A stretch of 64,000 bases of DNA from an uncultured Clostridia bacterium (GTDB lineage Bacteria > Bacillota > Clostridia > Christensenellales > UBA1242): contig CAKVHC010000005.1 of assembly GCA_934747805.1 (NCBI GenBank), positions 668-64,667 on the forward strand. The letters are read 5' to 3'. The translations under genes and the position numbers were made by a program. Shown here one piece after another: positions 1-8,821 of the stretch. Each line of letters opens with the position of its first letter. Positions within the stretch are counted from its first letter, which is position 1. The notes under the pieces were generated by a model. That model had not been told where the DNA came from and did not search any database. It worked only from the letters and a program-made list of their open reading frames with translations.

Positions 1-53
1 AAATAATTTATATTTTTTCGTATTATTAATCAATATTTATTTCAATATTTTAT

Positions 54-82
54 TTGCCAAATAATTTTGTTTCGTGTAAAAT
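54..82 (+). promoter_or_regulatory. candidate sigma-A promoter of tex
   Basis: TTGCCA (54-59), 17-nt spacer, TAAAAT (77-82). A GAGGA Shine-Dalgarno sits a few nt before ATG 100. Confidence 0.4.
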
Positions 83-99
83 AATGGGGCGAGGAAATT

Positions 100-1905
100 A
101 TGGATTTTATAAAAGTATTATCGGCGGAATTTAACATTGCGCCAACACATGCAAAAAATATTATTGACCTATTGGACGAGGGTTGCACTGTTCCGTTCAT
201 CTCACGTTATCGTAAAGAGATGACTGGTTCGGCTGACGACGTGTTGCTCAGAAACTTTTGTGATAGATTGAACTATCTCCGCAACTTTGAAGATAGAAAA
301 AATCAGATTATCAAAATCATCACTGAACAAGAAAAAATGACTCCAGAAATTATGGCTAGTTTGGATGCTGCAAACACTATGGTTGAATTGGAAGATATTT
401 ATCGACCATTCAAACCAAAACGTCAAACACGTGCCACCATTGCGGAAAGCAAAGGCTTGAAACCTTTGGCAGAGATCATTTGGGAGCAGAAGGACAAGAC
501 TCCGCTTGCAGATCTGGCAGTGCCATATATTAATGAAGAAAAGAAAGTCAACACAGTCGATGATGCATTGAACGGAGCTAGCGATATCATCGCTGAATGG
601 ATTAGCGACGATGCAGAACTTAGAAAGAATTTGCGTGAATTTATCGCCAAGACTGCTTTCATCACATCAACACTTGTTAAGGATAAAGAAAACGCTGGCA
701 CATACTCAATGTATGACAACTACAAAGAGCAGGCTAGCAAAATGCCTAGTCACCGTGTGTTAGCAATCAATCGTGGCGAAAACGAAGAATGCTTGAAAGT
801 GGACGTCGAAATGAACGAGCCAAAATGTCTAGAACGCATTGAAAAAATGTTTATCAAAAAAGATTGCCCAAATCTCGAGTTCTTGCGTAATACAATTCAA
901 GACTCATTTGAGCGACTCTTACAACCATCTCTAGCACGTGAGCTCCGAGCAGGGCTTACTGACGTTGCGAACGAACAAGCGATCAAAATGTTTGAAGTGA
1001 ATTTGAAACCTCTTTTGATGCAACCACCACTCAAAAACAAAGTTATTCTTGGACTTGACCCAGCATACAGAACTGGCTGCAAGGTCGCAGTGATTGACGC
1101 CAACGGCAATGTTATTGACACGACGGTCATTTATCCAACACCACCACACAACGATATTGAGAAGAGTGAAGAAGTGGTCACTCGTTTGATTAGAAAATAT
1201 GGCGTTGAAGCCATTTCAATCGGCAATGGCACGGCCAGCAAGGAAAGTGAAATTTTTGTAAGCAACTTGCTCAAAAAAATTCCTAACAAAGTGGCATATA
1301 TGGTCGTAAGTGAGGCCGGAGCATCCGTTTACTCAGCCAGCAAACTCGGACAGGAGGAATTCCCAACGTTCGACGTTACGCAGCGTAGTGCAGTCAGCAT
1401 CGCTCGTCGTCTGCAAGATCCACTTGCCGAACTTATCAAGATCGACGTCAAAGCAATTGGCGTTGGGCAATATCAACACGATATGCCACAAAAAAGACTC
1501 ACAGAAGTTTTGGACGGCGTGGTCGAAGACTGCGTTAACTCAGTTGGTGTTGACCTAAACACCGCAAGTTATAAACTGCTTGAACACGTGTCAGGCTTGA
1601 ATGCCGGCATCGCAAAGAACATTGTTGAATATCGTAAGGAAAACGGTGCATTTGAAAACCGCAAAGAACTATTGAAAGTGTCCAAACTCGGAAACAAGGC
1701 TTTCGAGCAATGTGCAGGCTTTTTGAGAATTCGTGACGGTAATAACATTTTGGATAACACAGCCGTGCACCCAGAGAGTTATGAATCTGTGAAGAAGCTT
1801 TTAAAACTTTTCAACCTAACCGAAGAAGACGTGAAGAACAACAATCTCGGCAATCTTGAACAACTGGTTGAGAAAAAAGGTCTTGACAACGTGGCAGGAC
1901 TATGA
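100..1905 (+). CDS. tex: Tex-like transcription accessory protein, N-terminal 601 aa (helical N-domain, YqgF/RuvX-like fold, helix-hairpin-helix region); ends at an in-frame TGA
   Basis: Family hallmarks seen in the translation: ISRYRKEMTG near the N-terminus, LGLDPAYRTGCKVAVID (YqgF-like), IGVGQYQHD, VGVDLNTAS..LL..VSGL (HhH). The S1 domain is missing from this ORF and is encoded just downstream in the same frame. Confidence 0.8.
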   Translation: MDFIKVLSAEFNIAPTHAKNIIDLLDEGCTVPFISRYRKEMTGSADDVLLRNFCDRLNYLRNFEDRKNQIIKIITEQEKMTPEIMASLDAANTMVELEDIYRPFKPKRQTRATIAESKGLKPLAEIIWEQKDKTPLADLAVPYINEEKKVNTVDDALNGASDIIAEWISDDAELRKNLREFIAKTAFITSTLVKDKENAGTYSMYDNYKEQASKMPSHRVLAINRGENEECLKVDVEMNEPKCLERIEKMFIKKDCPNLEFLRNTIQDSFERLLQPSLARELRAGLTDVANEQAIKMFEVNLKPLLMQPPLKNKVILGLDPAYRTGCKVAVIDANGNVIDTTVIYPTPPHNDIEKSEEVVTRLIRKYGVEAISIGNGTASKESEIFVSNLLKKIPNKVAYMVVSEAGASVYSASKLGQEEFPTFDVTQRSAVSIARRLQDPLAELIKIDVKAIGVGQYQHDMPQKRLTEVLDGVVEDCVNSVGVDLNTASYKLLEHVSGLNAGIAKNIVEYRKENGAFENRKELLKVSKLGNKAFEQCAGFLRIRDGNNILDNTAVHPESYESVKKLLKLFNLTEEDVKNNNLGNLEQLVEKKGLDNVAGL

Positions 1906-1914
1906 GAAATAGGC

Positions 1915-2259
1915 GTGCCAACAATGCAAGACAACATTAAAGAACTTTTGAAACCAGGCCGTGACATACGTGACGAATTGCCACCTCCAATGCTGCGTAG
2001 CGACATTATGTCTATGGAAGACTTGCAAGTGGGCATGGAACTCGATGGCACGGTGCGAAACGTAATTGACTTTGGTGCGTTTGTAGATATCGGCGTGCAC
2101 CAAGACGGACTTGTTCACATTAGTGAAATCTGTGACAGATATATCAAACATCCAAGCGAAGAATTGTCTGTCGGTCAAATCGTAAAAGTTAAGGTTATAT
2201 CACTTGACCTTGAAAAGAAACGTATCGGCCTTTCAATAAAGCGTGTAGGCAAAGATTAG
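1915..2259 (+). CDS. tex: S1 RNA-binding domain, the C-terminal part of Tex, in the same reading frame as 100..1905 and separated from it only by TGA 1903-1905
   Basis: KPGRDIRDEL linker followed by GMELDGTVRNVIDFGAFVDIGVHQDGLVHISE...VKVKVISLDLEKKRIGLSIK, a typical S1 fold. Possible restarts are GTG 1915 or ATG 1924, neither with a convincing RBS. Confidence 0.6.
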   Translation: MPTMQDNIKELLKPGRDIRDELPPPMLRSDIMSMEDLQVGMELDGTVRNVIDFGAFVDIGVHQDGLVHISEICDRYIKHPSEELSVGQIVKVKVISLDLEKKRIGLSIKRVGKD

Positions 2260-2263
2260 GCAA

Positions 2264-2293
2264 ACAAAAAAACACTCAATTGAGTGTTTTTTT
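2264..2293. terminator. bidirectional rho-independent terminator between tex and the small membrane protein gene
   Basis: AAAAAACACTC-AATT-GAGTGTTTTTTT hairpin flanked by an A-run and a T-run. Confidence 0.6.
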
Positions 2294-2299
2294 AAATTG

Positions 2300-2521
2300 C
2301 TATACGTTAAGCAATCTCCAAATTCTGCCGTTCATAATCATCAATACTAGGTCAACGATCCAGATGATGTTCCAGCCTAATACAAGACGAAGAATGCCTG
2401 CAACGATTTTGCCTTCTTGGAAACGAACGATTGCGCCACAGATCCAAGATGTTACAGGGATAATAGCCAAGATTAGACTAACGATTCTGCCAAGACCAAA
2501 GTAGTCCTTAGATTTTGCCAT
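2300..2521 (-). CDS. small two-TM integral membrane protein (73 aa), unknown function
   Basis: ATG at 2521 is preceded by a perfect AAGGAGG. The translation MAKSKDYFGLGRIVSLILAIIPVTSWICGAIV...IWIVDLVLMIMNG has two hydrophobic helices. The longer track ORF start at 2572 has no RBS. Confidence 0.55.
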   Translation of the reverse strand: MAKSKDYFGLGRIVSLILAIIPVTSWICGAIVRFQEGKIVAGILRLVLGWNIIWIVDLVLMIMNGRIWRLLNV

Positions 2522-2609
2522 AAATGCCTCCTTACATAATATAATAATAACATTGAAGACAAAATATGTCAAAAAATATGGCAGAGTTTGTAGAAAAATT
2601 TAAAAATTT

Positions 2610-3320
2610 TTAGCACACACGACTAGGTCTAGGTGGGAAAATCTCTTTTAACATTTCTAGCACTACAGTGAGTGCGGAACTATTTGCAGTGGCTTTGTAA
2701 GCATAATAGTCGTTCACAGCGTTGTCGTCCGCATTGTTGGATATGCCCTTTATTGTTACATAGTCCAAATCCTCCAGCTGTGCAATCTCGCCGATTGTTG
2801 CAGACTCCATGTCAATGGCTTCCAAGTTGAACTGAGTGCGTAAAGCGTTTGCCGTTGCCGTGCTAGCGATGAACTGATCGCCCGAACCTATTGTGCCTGA
2901 CGTTGAGGCAAGGCCTAAACGTTGTATGGCATTGTTTGCGTATCCGATTAGCCCTGCGTTTGCTGGGAATTGCGTTTGTGTAAGTTCTGGGATTTCACCA
3001 GCATTAAATCCGAGTGCTGTTACATCAACATCGTGTTGCAATGTGTTGGTTGAGATAAAAATGCTGTTGAATGCGATTCCGTTAAGCCCAGCCAAATTGC
3101 CTGTGTTTATGAGCAAATCTGGATGGAAACAATCAATTATGGTCATAACGTTTCTAGTCACGAACACTTTTGTTTCGCCAACATTGGCAATTATGGCTCG
3201 TTTGCCGTTAACGCAAATGTGATAAACCTTCAATCCGTTTACGAGTTGGCATTTTGGATTGTATTCTTTTGGAAGTAAATTTTCCAAATCCATAAAATCC
3301 GAAGTTAAAATTGCTATCAT
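2610..3320 (-). CDS. mtnN: 5'-methylthioadenosine/S-adenosylhomocysteine nucleosidase
   Basis: PNP_UDP_1-type motifs: GSGDQFI, IDMESATIGEIA, IKGISNNADD. Size ~236 aa. GGAG lies 8 nt before the ATG at 3320. Confidence 0.75.
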   Translation of the reverse strand: MIAILTSDFMDLENLLPKEYNPKCQLVNGLKVYHICVNGKRAIIANVGETKVFVTRNVMTIIDCFHPDLLINTGNLAGLNGIAFNSIFISTNTLQHDVDVTALGFNAGEIPELTQTQFPANAGLIGYANNAIQRLGLASTSGTIGSGDQFIASTATANALRTQFNLEAIDMESATIGEIAQLEDLDYVTIKGISNNADDNAVNDYYAYKATANSSALTVVLEMLKEIFPPRPSRVC

Positions 3321-3481
3321 AATAGACTCCATTTATGAGAATATGTGCTTTTGCGAGATTATCTCGCCCAGTTTACATATTTGCTCCAATACTAGTTTAT
3401 TATCGCAATAACAACTTTGCTACTTGTGTTGTTGACTTTGAATATACTTTTTTTTTGACAAAATATAGTAAGCGTTTTTGG

Positions 3482-3510
3482 TTGTAATTAGTGTATCCAT
3501 TTGATATAAT
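3482..3510 (+). promoter_or_regulatory. candidate extended -10 promoter of the N-acyltransferase operon
   Basis: TTGTAA (3482-3487), 17-nt spacer ending in TGA, TATAAT (3505-3510), i.e. TGnTATAAT. Confidence 0.5.
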
Positions 3511-3546
3511 ATACCTGTAGTATACTTGCAAAGGAATGAAAAAAAT

Positions 3547-4320
3547 ATGATTCAGTTAATCAATCAACCTAAAAGTTGCGGCTATACCGTCCGCCTTGCT
3601 GAGAATAAGGACGAACTTTTGCGTGCTCAAAAGTTGAGATATAAGTCAATGGTTTTGGAGTTCAATCCTACTGCCGATCCGAATGGCACTGATGCCTGCG
3701 AGGAAGACAATTTTTGCGATCACTTAATTGCTATAAAAGACGACACAGGTGAGATTGTTGGCAACTATCGTTTTGTCACCAAATCTCACGGAATACCTTT
3801 CTTTTGTTTAGGTGAATTTGACATCGACAATTTGAACAAAAAAGACGGCATTTTGGAAATTGGTCGAGCCGTTGTCGACCCGGATTGCCGCAATGCCCCA
3901 ATTATTAAACTATTGTGGCACGGATTGTTCAACTATTGCAAGCAATTCGGAATAAGATACATATTCGGTACGGCTAGCTATCATTTTACGGACTATAATG
4001 CTGATGACATTCAGAATTTTAAATACAAAGACTCGTTTACCAATCTCTACCAAAATTACCTCGTGGAAAACGCCATCAACTGTGTGGCTAAAGCTCCAGC
4101 CATCAGCCTAAAGAAAGTGGCTGAAGTGGTGGGCGAGTTTGACCCAGTTGAAGCTAAATTTCAAACTCCTGCACTCATTCGCACCTACCTTGCAATGGGC
4201 GGTAAGGTGTGTGACAGTGCGTACATTGATGACGTGTACAAAACGATTGACTGCATGGTGATTACAGATCTGTGCAACTACAACGAGATTTTTGTCAAAA
4301 AACTATTGGGAGATCTATAA
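3547..4320 (+). CDS. GNAT-superfamily N-acyltransferase of the OlsB / hemolysin-like / N-acyl amino acid synthase type (Acetyltransf_5-like)
   Basis: YTVRLAENKDELLRAQKLRYKSMVLEF...DNFCDHLIAIKDDTGEIVGNYRF...LEIGRAVVDPDCRN...LLWHGLFNYCKQFGIRYIFGTASY matches the family pattern I know. AAGGAA RBS before ATG 3547. Confidence 0.8.
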   Translation: MIQLINQPKSCGYTVRLAENKDELLRAQKLRYKSMVLEFNPTADPNGTDACEEDNFCDHLIAIKDDTGEIVGNYRFVTKSHGIPFFCLGEFDIDNLNKKDGILEIGRAVVDPDCRNAPIIKLLWHGLFNYCKQFGIRYIFGTASYHFTDYNADDIQNFKYKDSFTNLYQNYLVENAINCVAKAPAISLKKVAEVVGEFDPVEAKFQTPALIRTYLAMGGKVCDSAYIDDVYKTIDCMVITDLCNYNEIFVKKLLGDL

Positions 4321-6233
4321 TGAAAAAAAAGCTTCTATACCTAATCCCCATAGTTGCGTTTTTGGCTTTGCTTGCAGTGTTCGTAGTTGACATTGTGGAG
4401 ATTTGGCCGCAGCTAACCAGTGGCTCCGAAACAGCAGTGGAAGATGCTCTATCTCAGCTTGGTTTCCGTGGAGCAATGGTACTGTCACTAATTCAGACCA
4501 TGCAAGTGCTGATTGTCTTTATCCCTTGCGAATTCGTACAAATTGTCAGCGGCGTAACCTCTGGTGTCTTGTGGGGTTCAGTTATTTGCTGGATTGGAAT
4601 AATTCTCGGTGCGACCATTATTTATATGCTGGTCAATCTATTTAAAGTCAAAAACGACAGCATCAAGAATTCTTCTGCTTATGATACAATAGAACTTTTA
4701 AGTCACAAAAAGAAAAGTGTGTCTAAATTAGTTTTGATACTATTTTTCCTGCCAGCCATTCCTTATGGCATGATTTGCTATTATGCGGCAGGCAACAATC
4801 TTAGTTATTGGCGTTACATACTATTGGTTATCATAGGCGTTGCACCTTCGATTGTGGTTGATACAATTTTGGGCAAGGCGTTCATAGCACTCATTTCAAA
4901 ATATATGGGCTGGGTAGTCGCTGGAATCTTGGTGATGACAATTGGCGTGATGCTGATTGTCAACGCTGTTTCCAAACGCAAAATGAACAAAATGCTGTAT
5001 GGCGAACCGAATCCGAGTTTTGCCACCATTATGGCTACTAGGAAGCCACGTAAACCTGATGCATATACATTCGATATGTGCCGTAGTTTCTTGGGAAAAC
5101 GCATAATCAAACGCAATCGTGTCGTGCTACTTAATGACGAGGTGAAAGACATAAAAGAGTCCTGCCTAATTCTTAGCACTCATCCGTCTTGGCCTGACTT
5201 TATGTACTGTGCACTTAGCATGCCGTATATACGCTACAATGCAGTAGTGAATTATAGCCTTTTTTACAACGGCTTCTATCGACACTTTTTTGAAAAATTG
5301 GGCGTAATCCCAAAGAAAATGTTTACTCCAGACTCACGTGCAATCAAAGATATGTTCAGTGTGGCACGCAATGGTGGCTCTATTATGATGATGCCAGAAG
5401 GCAGAATGAGTATTAATGGCACGCACCAAGATATGCCAGCTGGACTGGACAAACTTGTCAAGAAACTCGGATTGCCAGTGGTGACTGTTCGTCCACACGG
5501 AGCGTATTTAACTCGTGCCAAATGGATGAAGTCTAGACGTCGTGGACGTGTGGAAGTGGAGTGTCATTTGACATTGACAAAAGACGAGATAATCAATAAT
5601 GACATTGACTACATTAGAAATAAAATCGAGCCAGCATTGGAGTTTGATGACTTTGCATGGAACGATGACGCACATGTGCGTTTCAAGGGCAAAAGTTTGT
5701 GCAAAGGTGTAGAGGGAATCCTGTACATTTGTCCGCATTGCCATAGCGAATACAGTTTGCGTGGCGAGAAAAACGCCATCATTTGTGATAACTGCCATAA
5801 CGTCGTGAATATGAATAATTATTATAATTTTACTAATCCACCAACCGATGAGATTAAAAACATACGTGATTGGTACAATTATCAAGTGGGCGTCGAACGT
5901 GAACGCATCAGCAAACCAGATTACGCACTAGTAACTGACGTTACTGTCAAAACTTATACGCACAACGGTCGTGGTCTTTGCCTAGCAGGTGAGGGAACGT
6001 GCACAATGTCGCATGCAGGCATCAATTACAAAGGCAGCTTTAACGACGAGCAGGAGGAATGGACGGTGGCGCCGAAAGACTTGCAAGCCCTGTTGTTTGG
6101 ATGCGATGAAGACTTTGAACTCTATCACGACAACAAGTTTTATTATTTCCAACCCAAATCTAATCGATTGCAGTGTGTTCAATGGGCGATTGTGAGTGAG
6201 CTTTTGCACAACTATCACAAAAACGAAGAATAA
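4320..6233 (+). CDS. three-part fusion: TVP38/TMEM64 (DedA/VTT-like) membrane domain + PlsC-type lysolipid acyltransferase + C-terminal CxxC...CxxC zinc-ribbon region
   Basis: The start overlaps the upstream stop (TAATG). VTT-like helices: LIVFIPCEFVQIVSGV...LPAIPYGMICYYAG. PlsC motifs HPSWPD (HX4D) and MMMPEGRMS. Zinc ribbon CPHCHSEYSLRGEKNAIICDNCHN. Confidence 0.75.
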   Translation: MKKKLLYLIPIVAFLALLAVFVVDIVEIWPQLTSGSETAVEDALSQLGFRGAMVLSLIQTMQVLIVFIPCEFVQIVSGVTSGVLWGSVICWIGIILGATIIYMLVNLFKVKNDSIKNSSAYDTIELLSHKKKSVSKLVLILFFLPAIPYGMICYYAAGNNLSYWRYILLVIIGVAPSIVVDTILGKAFIALISKYMGWVVAGILVMTIGVMLIVNAVSKRKMNKMLYGEPNPSFATIMATRKPRKPDAYTFDMCRSFLGKRIIKRNRVVLLNDEVKDIKESCLILSTHPSWPDFMYCALSMPYIRYNAVVNYSLFYNGFYRHFFEKLGVIPKKMFTPDSRAIKDMFSVARNGGSIMMMPEGRMSINGTHQDMPAGLDKLVKKLGLPVVTVRPHGAYLTRAKWMKSRRRGRVEVECHLTLTKDEIINNDIDYIRNKIEPALEFDDFAWNDDAHVRFKGKSLCKGVEGILYICPHCHSEYSLRGEKNAIICDNCHNVVNMNNYYNFTNPPTDEIKNIRDWYNYQVGVERERISKPDYALVTDVTVKTYTHNGRGLCLAGEGTCTMSHAGINYKGSFNDEQEEWTVAPKDLQALLFGCDEDFELYHDNKFYYFQPKSNRLQCVQWAIVSELLHNYHKNEE

Positions 6234-6258
6234 AAAGAGAAAATTTTCTCTTTTTTTC
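6233..6258 (+). terminator. rho-independent terminator after the acyltransferase gene
   Basis: AAAAAGAGAAAATTTTCTCTTTTTTT palindrome plus T-run. Confidence 0.55.
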
Positions 6259-6364
6259 ATTCTTAAAAAATTTCGGCAACAATTTTATTTTGTTTTGTAA
6301 AATGTTGTAAATATGCTAAAATATTTGTGATTGAAAATTTTGTTCAATCATTATAGGAGAAGTT

Positions 6365-7180
6365 ATGAAAAAAATTGCGATAATAACAGGCGCATCGTCC
6401 GGCATCGGCAGGTCGTTCTGTAAACAATATGATACAAAAAATTTCGATGAGATTTGGGCAATTGCACTCGACAAAGAAGGATTGGAGTCTTTGAAGAAAG
6501 AGTGTCAAACGAAAATTATTCCGCTTGCCTACGATTTGACCGTAACTGAGTCATTCGACGATTTCAAGGCTCGACTCAAGAAAGCAAACCCTGATGTGCA
6601 GTTGCTAATCAATTGCTCGGGCTTTGGCAAATTTGCAAGATATGACGAAATCAAAGTGGAAACCAGTGCAAATATGATTGACCTAAACTGCAAAGCCACT
6701 ATGCGAATGACAGAATACACCTTGCCATATATGACAAAAGGTGCTAGAATAATGAACATAGCAAGTGTGGCTGGCTGGCAACCGATTCCTTTTATCAATG
6801 TGTACGCTGCGACCAAAGCGTTTGTAATCAGCTATTCACGTGCCCTTAACCGTGAGCTTAAGCCACGTGGTATTAGCGTAACCACCATTTGCCCATTCTG
6901 GACAAAGACAGCATTCTTCAAGCGTGCAAAAGACAACGCTGCCACTCAAGAAGTGGTGACAAAATATGTGGCTATGTATGACCCAGACTTTGTGGTTAAA
7001 CAAGCCATGAAAGCCACCGAAAAACGTAAAGACTTGGTGGTTGTTGGGTTCAAGAGCAAAATGCAATGCTGGTTGGTGAAGACACTGCCACATAGCTGGA
7101 TTATGAATATCTGGATGCGTCAACAGAAATTGAACAAAAAATACAAAGACCGTCCAGTCAATCCTGATGCTGGAAAATAA
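6365..7180 (+). CDS. short-chain dehydrogenase/reductase (SDR) family oxidoreductase
   Basis: ITGASSGIG nucleotide-binding motif and YAATKA catalytic motif. GGAG RBS. Confidence 0.85.
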   Translation: MKKIAIITGASSGIGRSFCKQYDTKNFDEIWAIALDKEGLESLKKECQTKIIPLAYDLTVTESFDDFKARLKKANPDVQLLINCSGFGKFARYDEIKVETSANMIDLNCKATMRMTEYTLPYMTKGARIMNIASVAGWQPIPFINVYAATKAFVISYSRALNRELKPRGISVTTICPFWTKTAFFKRAKDNAATQEVVTKYVAMYDPDFVVKQAMKATEKRKDLVVVGFKSKMQCWLVKTLPHSWIMNIWMRQQKLNKKYKDRPVNPDAGK

Positions 7181-7182
7181 TT

Positions 7183-7914
7183 ATGTTAGAGATAAAAAAT
7201 TTAAGTTATTCAATAGTTGAAAATGGAAAGAAAAAGGAAATTTTGAAAAACATTTCCCTTTGTTTGCACGACAACGAAACATTGGTGATCACAGGTGCAA
7301 ATGGCGCAGGAAAATCGACCCTGTTAAAACTCATTATGGGACTAGCCATAGCCACCAGTGGACAACTCTTGCTTGACGGACAGGATATTACGAATATGTC
7401 AATCACCGAACGTGCTCGTCTTGGCGTGGCATATGCATTTCAGACCCCTGTCAGATTCAAGGGCTTGAAGGTGCGAGATGTGTTGAACACTGCTCAAAAC
7501 GGAGATAAAATTATGGACGTGTGCAACTATCTTTCAAAAGTTGGTTTGTGCGCACGTGAATATATTAACCGTGAGCTTGACGACAGTCTTTCCGGCGGAG
7601 AGATTAAACGTATTGAGGTGGCAACGATTCTTGCTCGCAAAGCACGAATCAATCTTTTTGATGAACCAGAAGCAGGCATCGATCTTTGGAGTATGGACGG
7701 ATTGATTAAATGTTTCCACCAAAGTAAAACGGATAACAAATCAATCAACATTATTGTTAGCCACCAAGAAAAGATTTTGGACATTGCCGACAAGATTTTG
7801 GTGCTGGACAATAAGCAAATCAAGGAATTTGGCACAAGAGGTGAAATCCTTGGCAAACTGAAACTTAGTCCGACCAACTGCATAAGGCTAAATAAGGAGA
7901 ATGAAAATGACTAA
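7183..7914 (+). CDS. sufC: Fe-S cluster assembly ATPase SufC
   Basis: ABC ATPase motifs GANGAGKST, LSGGEIKR, LFDEPEAGID. SufC-like size. Directly followed by a SufB/D gene. Confidence 0.85.
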   Translation: MLEIKNLSYSIVENGKKKEILKNISLCLHDNETLVITGANGAGKSTLLKLIMGLAIATSGQLLLDGQDITNMSITERARLGVAYAFQTPVRFKGLKVRDVLNTAQNGDKIMDVCNYLSKVGLCAREYINRELDDSLSGGEIKRIEVATILARKARINLFDEPEAGIDLWSMDGLIKCFHQSKTDNKSINIIVSHQEKILDIADKILVLDNKQIKEFGTRGEILGKLKLSPTNCIRLNKENEND

Positions 7915-8821
7915 TGAAGAAAAAGAACTCCTTGCAAAGATTAGCGACCTTCACCAGCTCCCAGAGGGTGCATACAATATTCGTCTCAATGGTGAGGGCT
8001 ACAAACGTCATTCCACAGAAGATATTGAAATTGTGCCAAAAGCGGACAAGCCCGGCATTGACATAATTGTCAAGCCTAACGTTGTAGGCAAAAGTGTGCA
8101 TATACCTGTCATTGTCAGTCGAACCGGACTCAAAGATTTGGTCTACAACGATTTTTACATTGGTGAAGGCAGTGACGTGCTGATAGTGGCAGGTTGTGGC
8201 ATCCATAACACGGGCGACAAAACCAGCGAACATAACGGCATACATGCTTTCCACCTTGCAAAAAATTGCAAAGTTAAGTATGTGGAACGTCATTTCGGTC
8301 AGGGCGTTGGCGACCGAGTGCTCAACCCTGTTACTGAGGTGGAACTTGGCGACAATTCGTCAATGATTATGGAAACCACTCAAATGGGTGGCGTGTCAAA
8401 TGCAATTCGTACGACCAAAGCGAAAGTTGGCAATGATGCTAGCCTAGTAATCAAAGAAAAAATTTTGACCACCAACTCTCAGATTGCCGAAACCAAATTT
8501 AATGTGGAACTGGTGGGTGAGAATAGCAGTGTGGACGTGGTGAGCCGAAGCGTTGCGAAAGACGATTCTAGCCAAACTTTCCACAGCAACGTGATTGGCA
8601 AAAACAAGTCATTTGGCCACGTTGAGTGTGATGCCATTATGACTGGCCACTCACATGTAAGGTCAATACCTGAAATCGACGCAATAGACAACAATGCAAC
8701 ACTTGTGCACGAGGCTGCCATTGGCAAGATTGCAGGCGAGCAACTTATCAAACTTATGACGCTTGGACTAGATGAACACCAGGCTGAAGATTTAATCATT
8801 CAAGGATTTTTAAACAACTAA
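7907..8821 (+). CDS. SufB/SufD-family Fe-S cluster assembly scaffold protein (short form)
   Basis: The C-terminal SufBD signature ...ECDAIMTGHSHVRSIPEIDAIDNNATLVHEAAIGKIAGEQLIKLMTLGLDEHQAEDLIIQGF. AAGGAG lies 7 nt before ATG 7907 (ATG 7901 is also possible). Overlaps the sufC stop. Confidence 0.75.
   Translation: MTNEEKELLAKISDLHQLPEGAYNIRLNGEGYKRHSTEDIEIVPKADKPGIDIIVKPNVVGKSVHIPVIVSRTGLKDLVYNDFYIGEGSDVLIVAGCGIHNTGDKTSEHNGIHAFHLAKNCKVKYVERHFGQGVGDRVLNPVTEVELGDNSSMIMETTQMGGVSNAIRTTKAKVGNDASLVIKEKILTTNSQIAETKFNVELVGENSSVDVVSRSVAKDDSSQTFHSNVIGKNKSFGHVECDAIMTGHSHVRSIPEIDAIDNNATLVHEAAIGKIAGEQLIKLMTLGLDEHQAEDLIIQGFLNN

Noticed and set aside
1903-1905. The possibility that the genome uses genetic code 4 (TGA = Trp) or code 25 (TGA = Gly).
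   Set aside because: About 19,000 codons of confident coding sequence, including the 6533-codon ORF, are open under the standard code and encode Trp with TGG throughout. Only one internal TGA exists. A full reassignment would produce many in-frame TGAs. Only site-specific read-through or early-stage codon loss remains possible.
4272-4319. The longer N-terminal extensions given by the ORF track (4272 for the acyltransferase, 14511 for pilin 1, 21432 for spoVT, 2572 for the small membrane protein, 27275 for CPBP paralog 2, 38997 for spoIIID, 38291 for the 335-aa hypothetical).
   Set aside because: In each case an internal ATG is preceded at 6-9 nt by a strong GGAG-type RBS or forms a TAATG coupling with the upstream stop. 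In each case the extension also lacks homology-like sequence.
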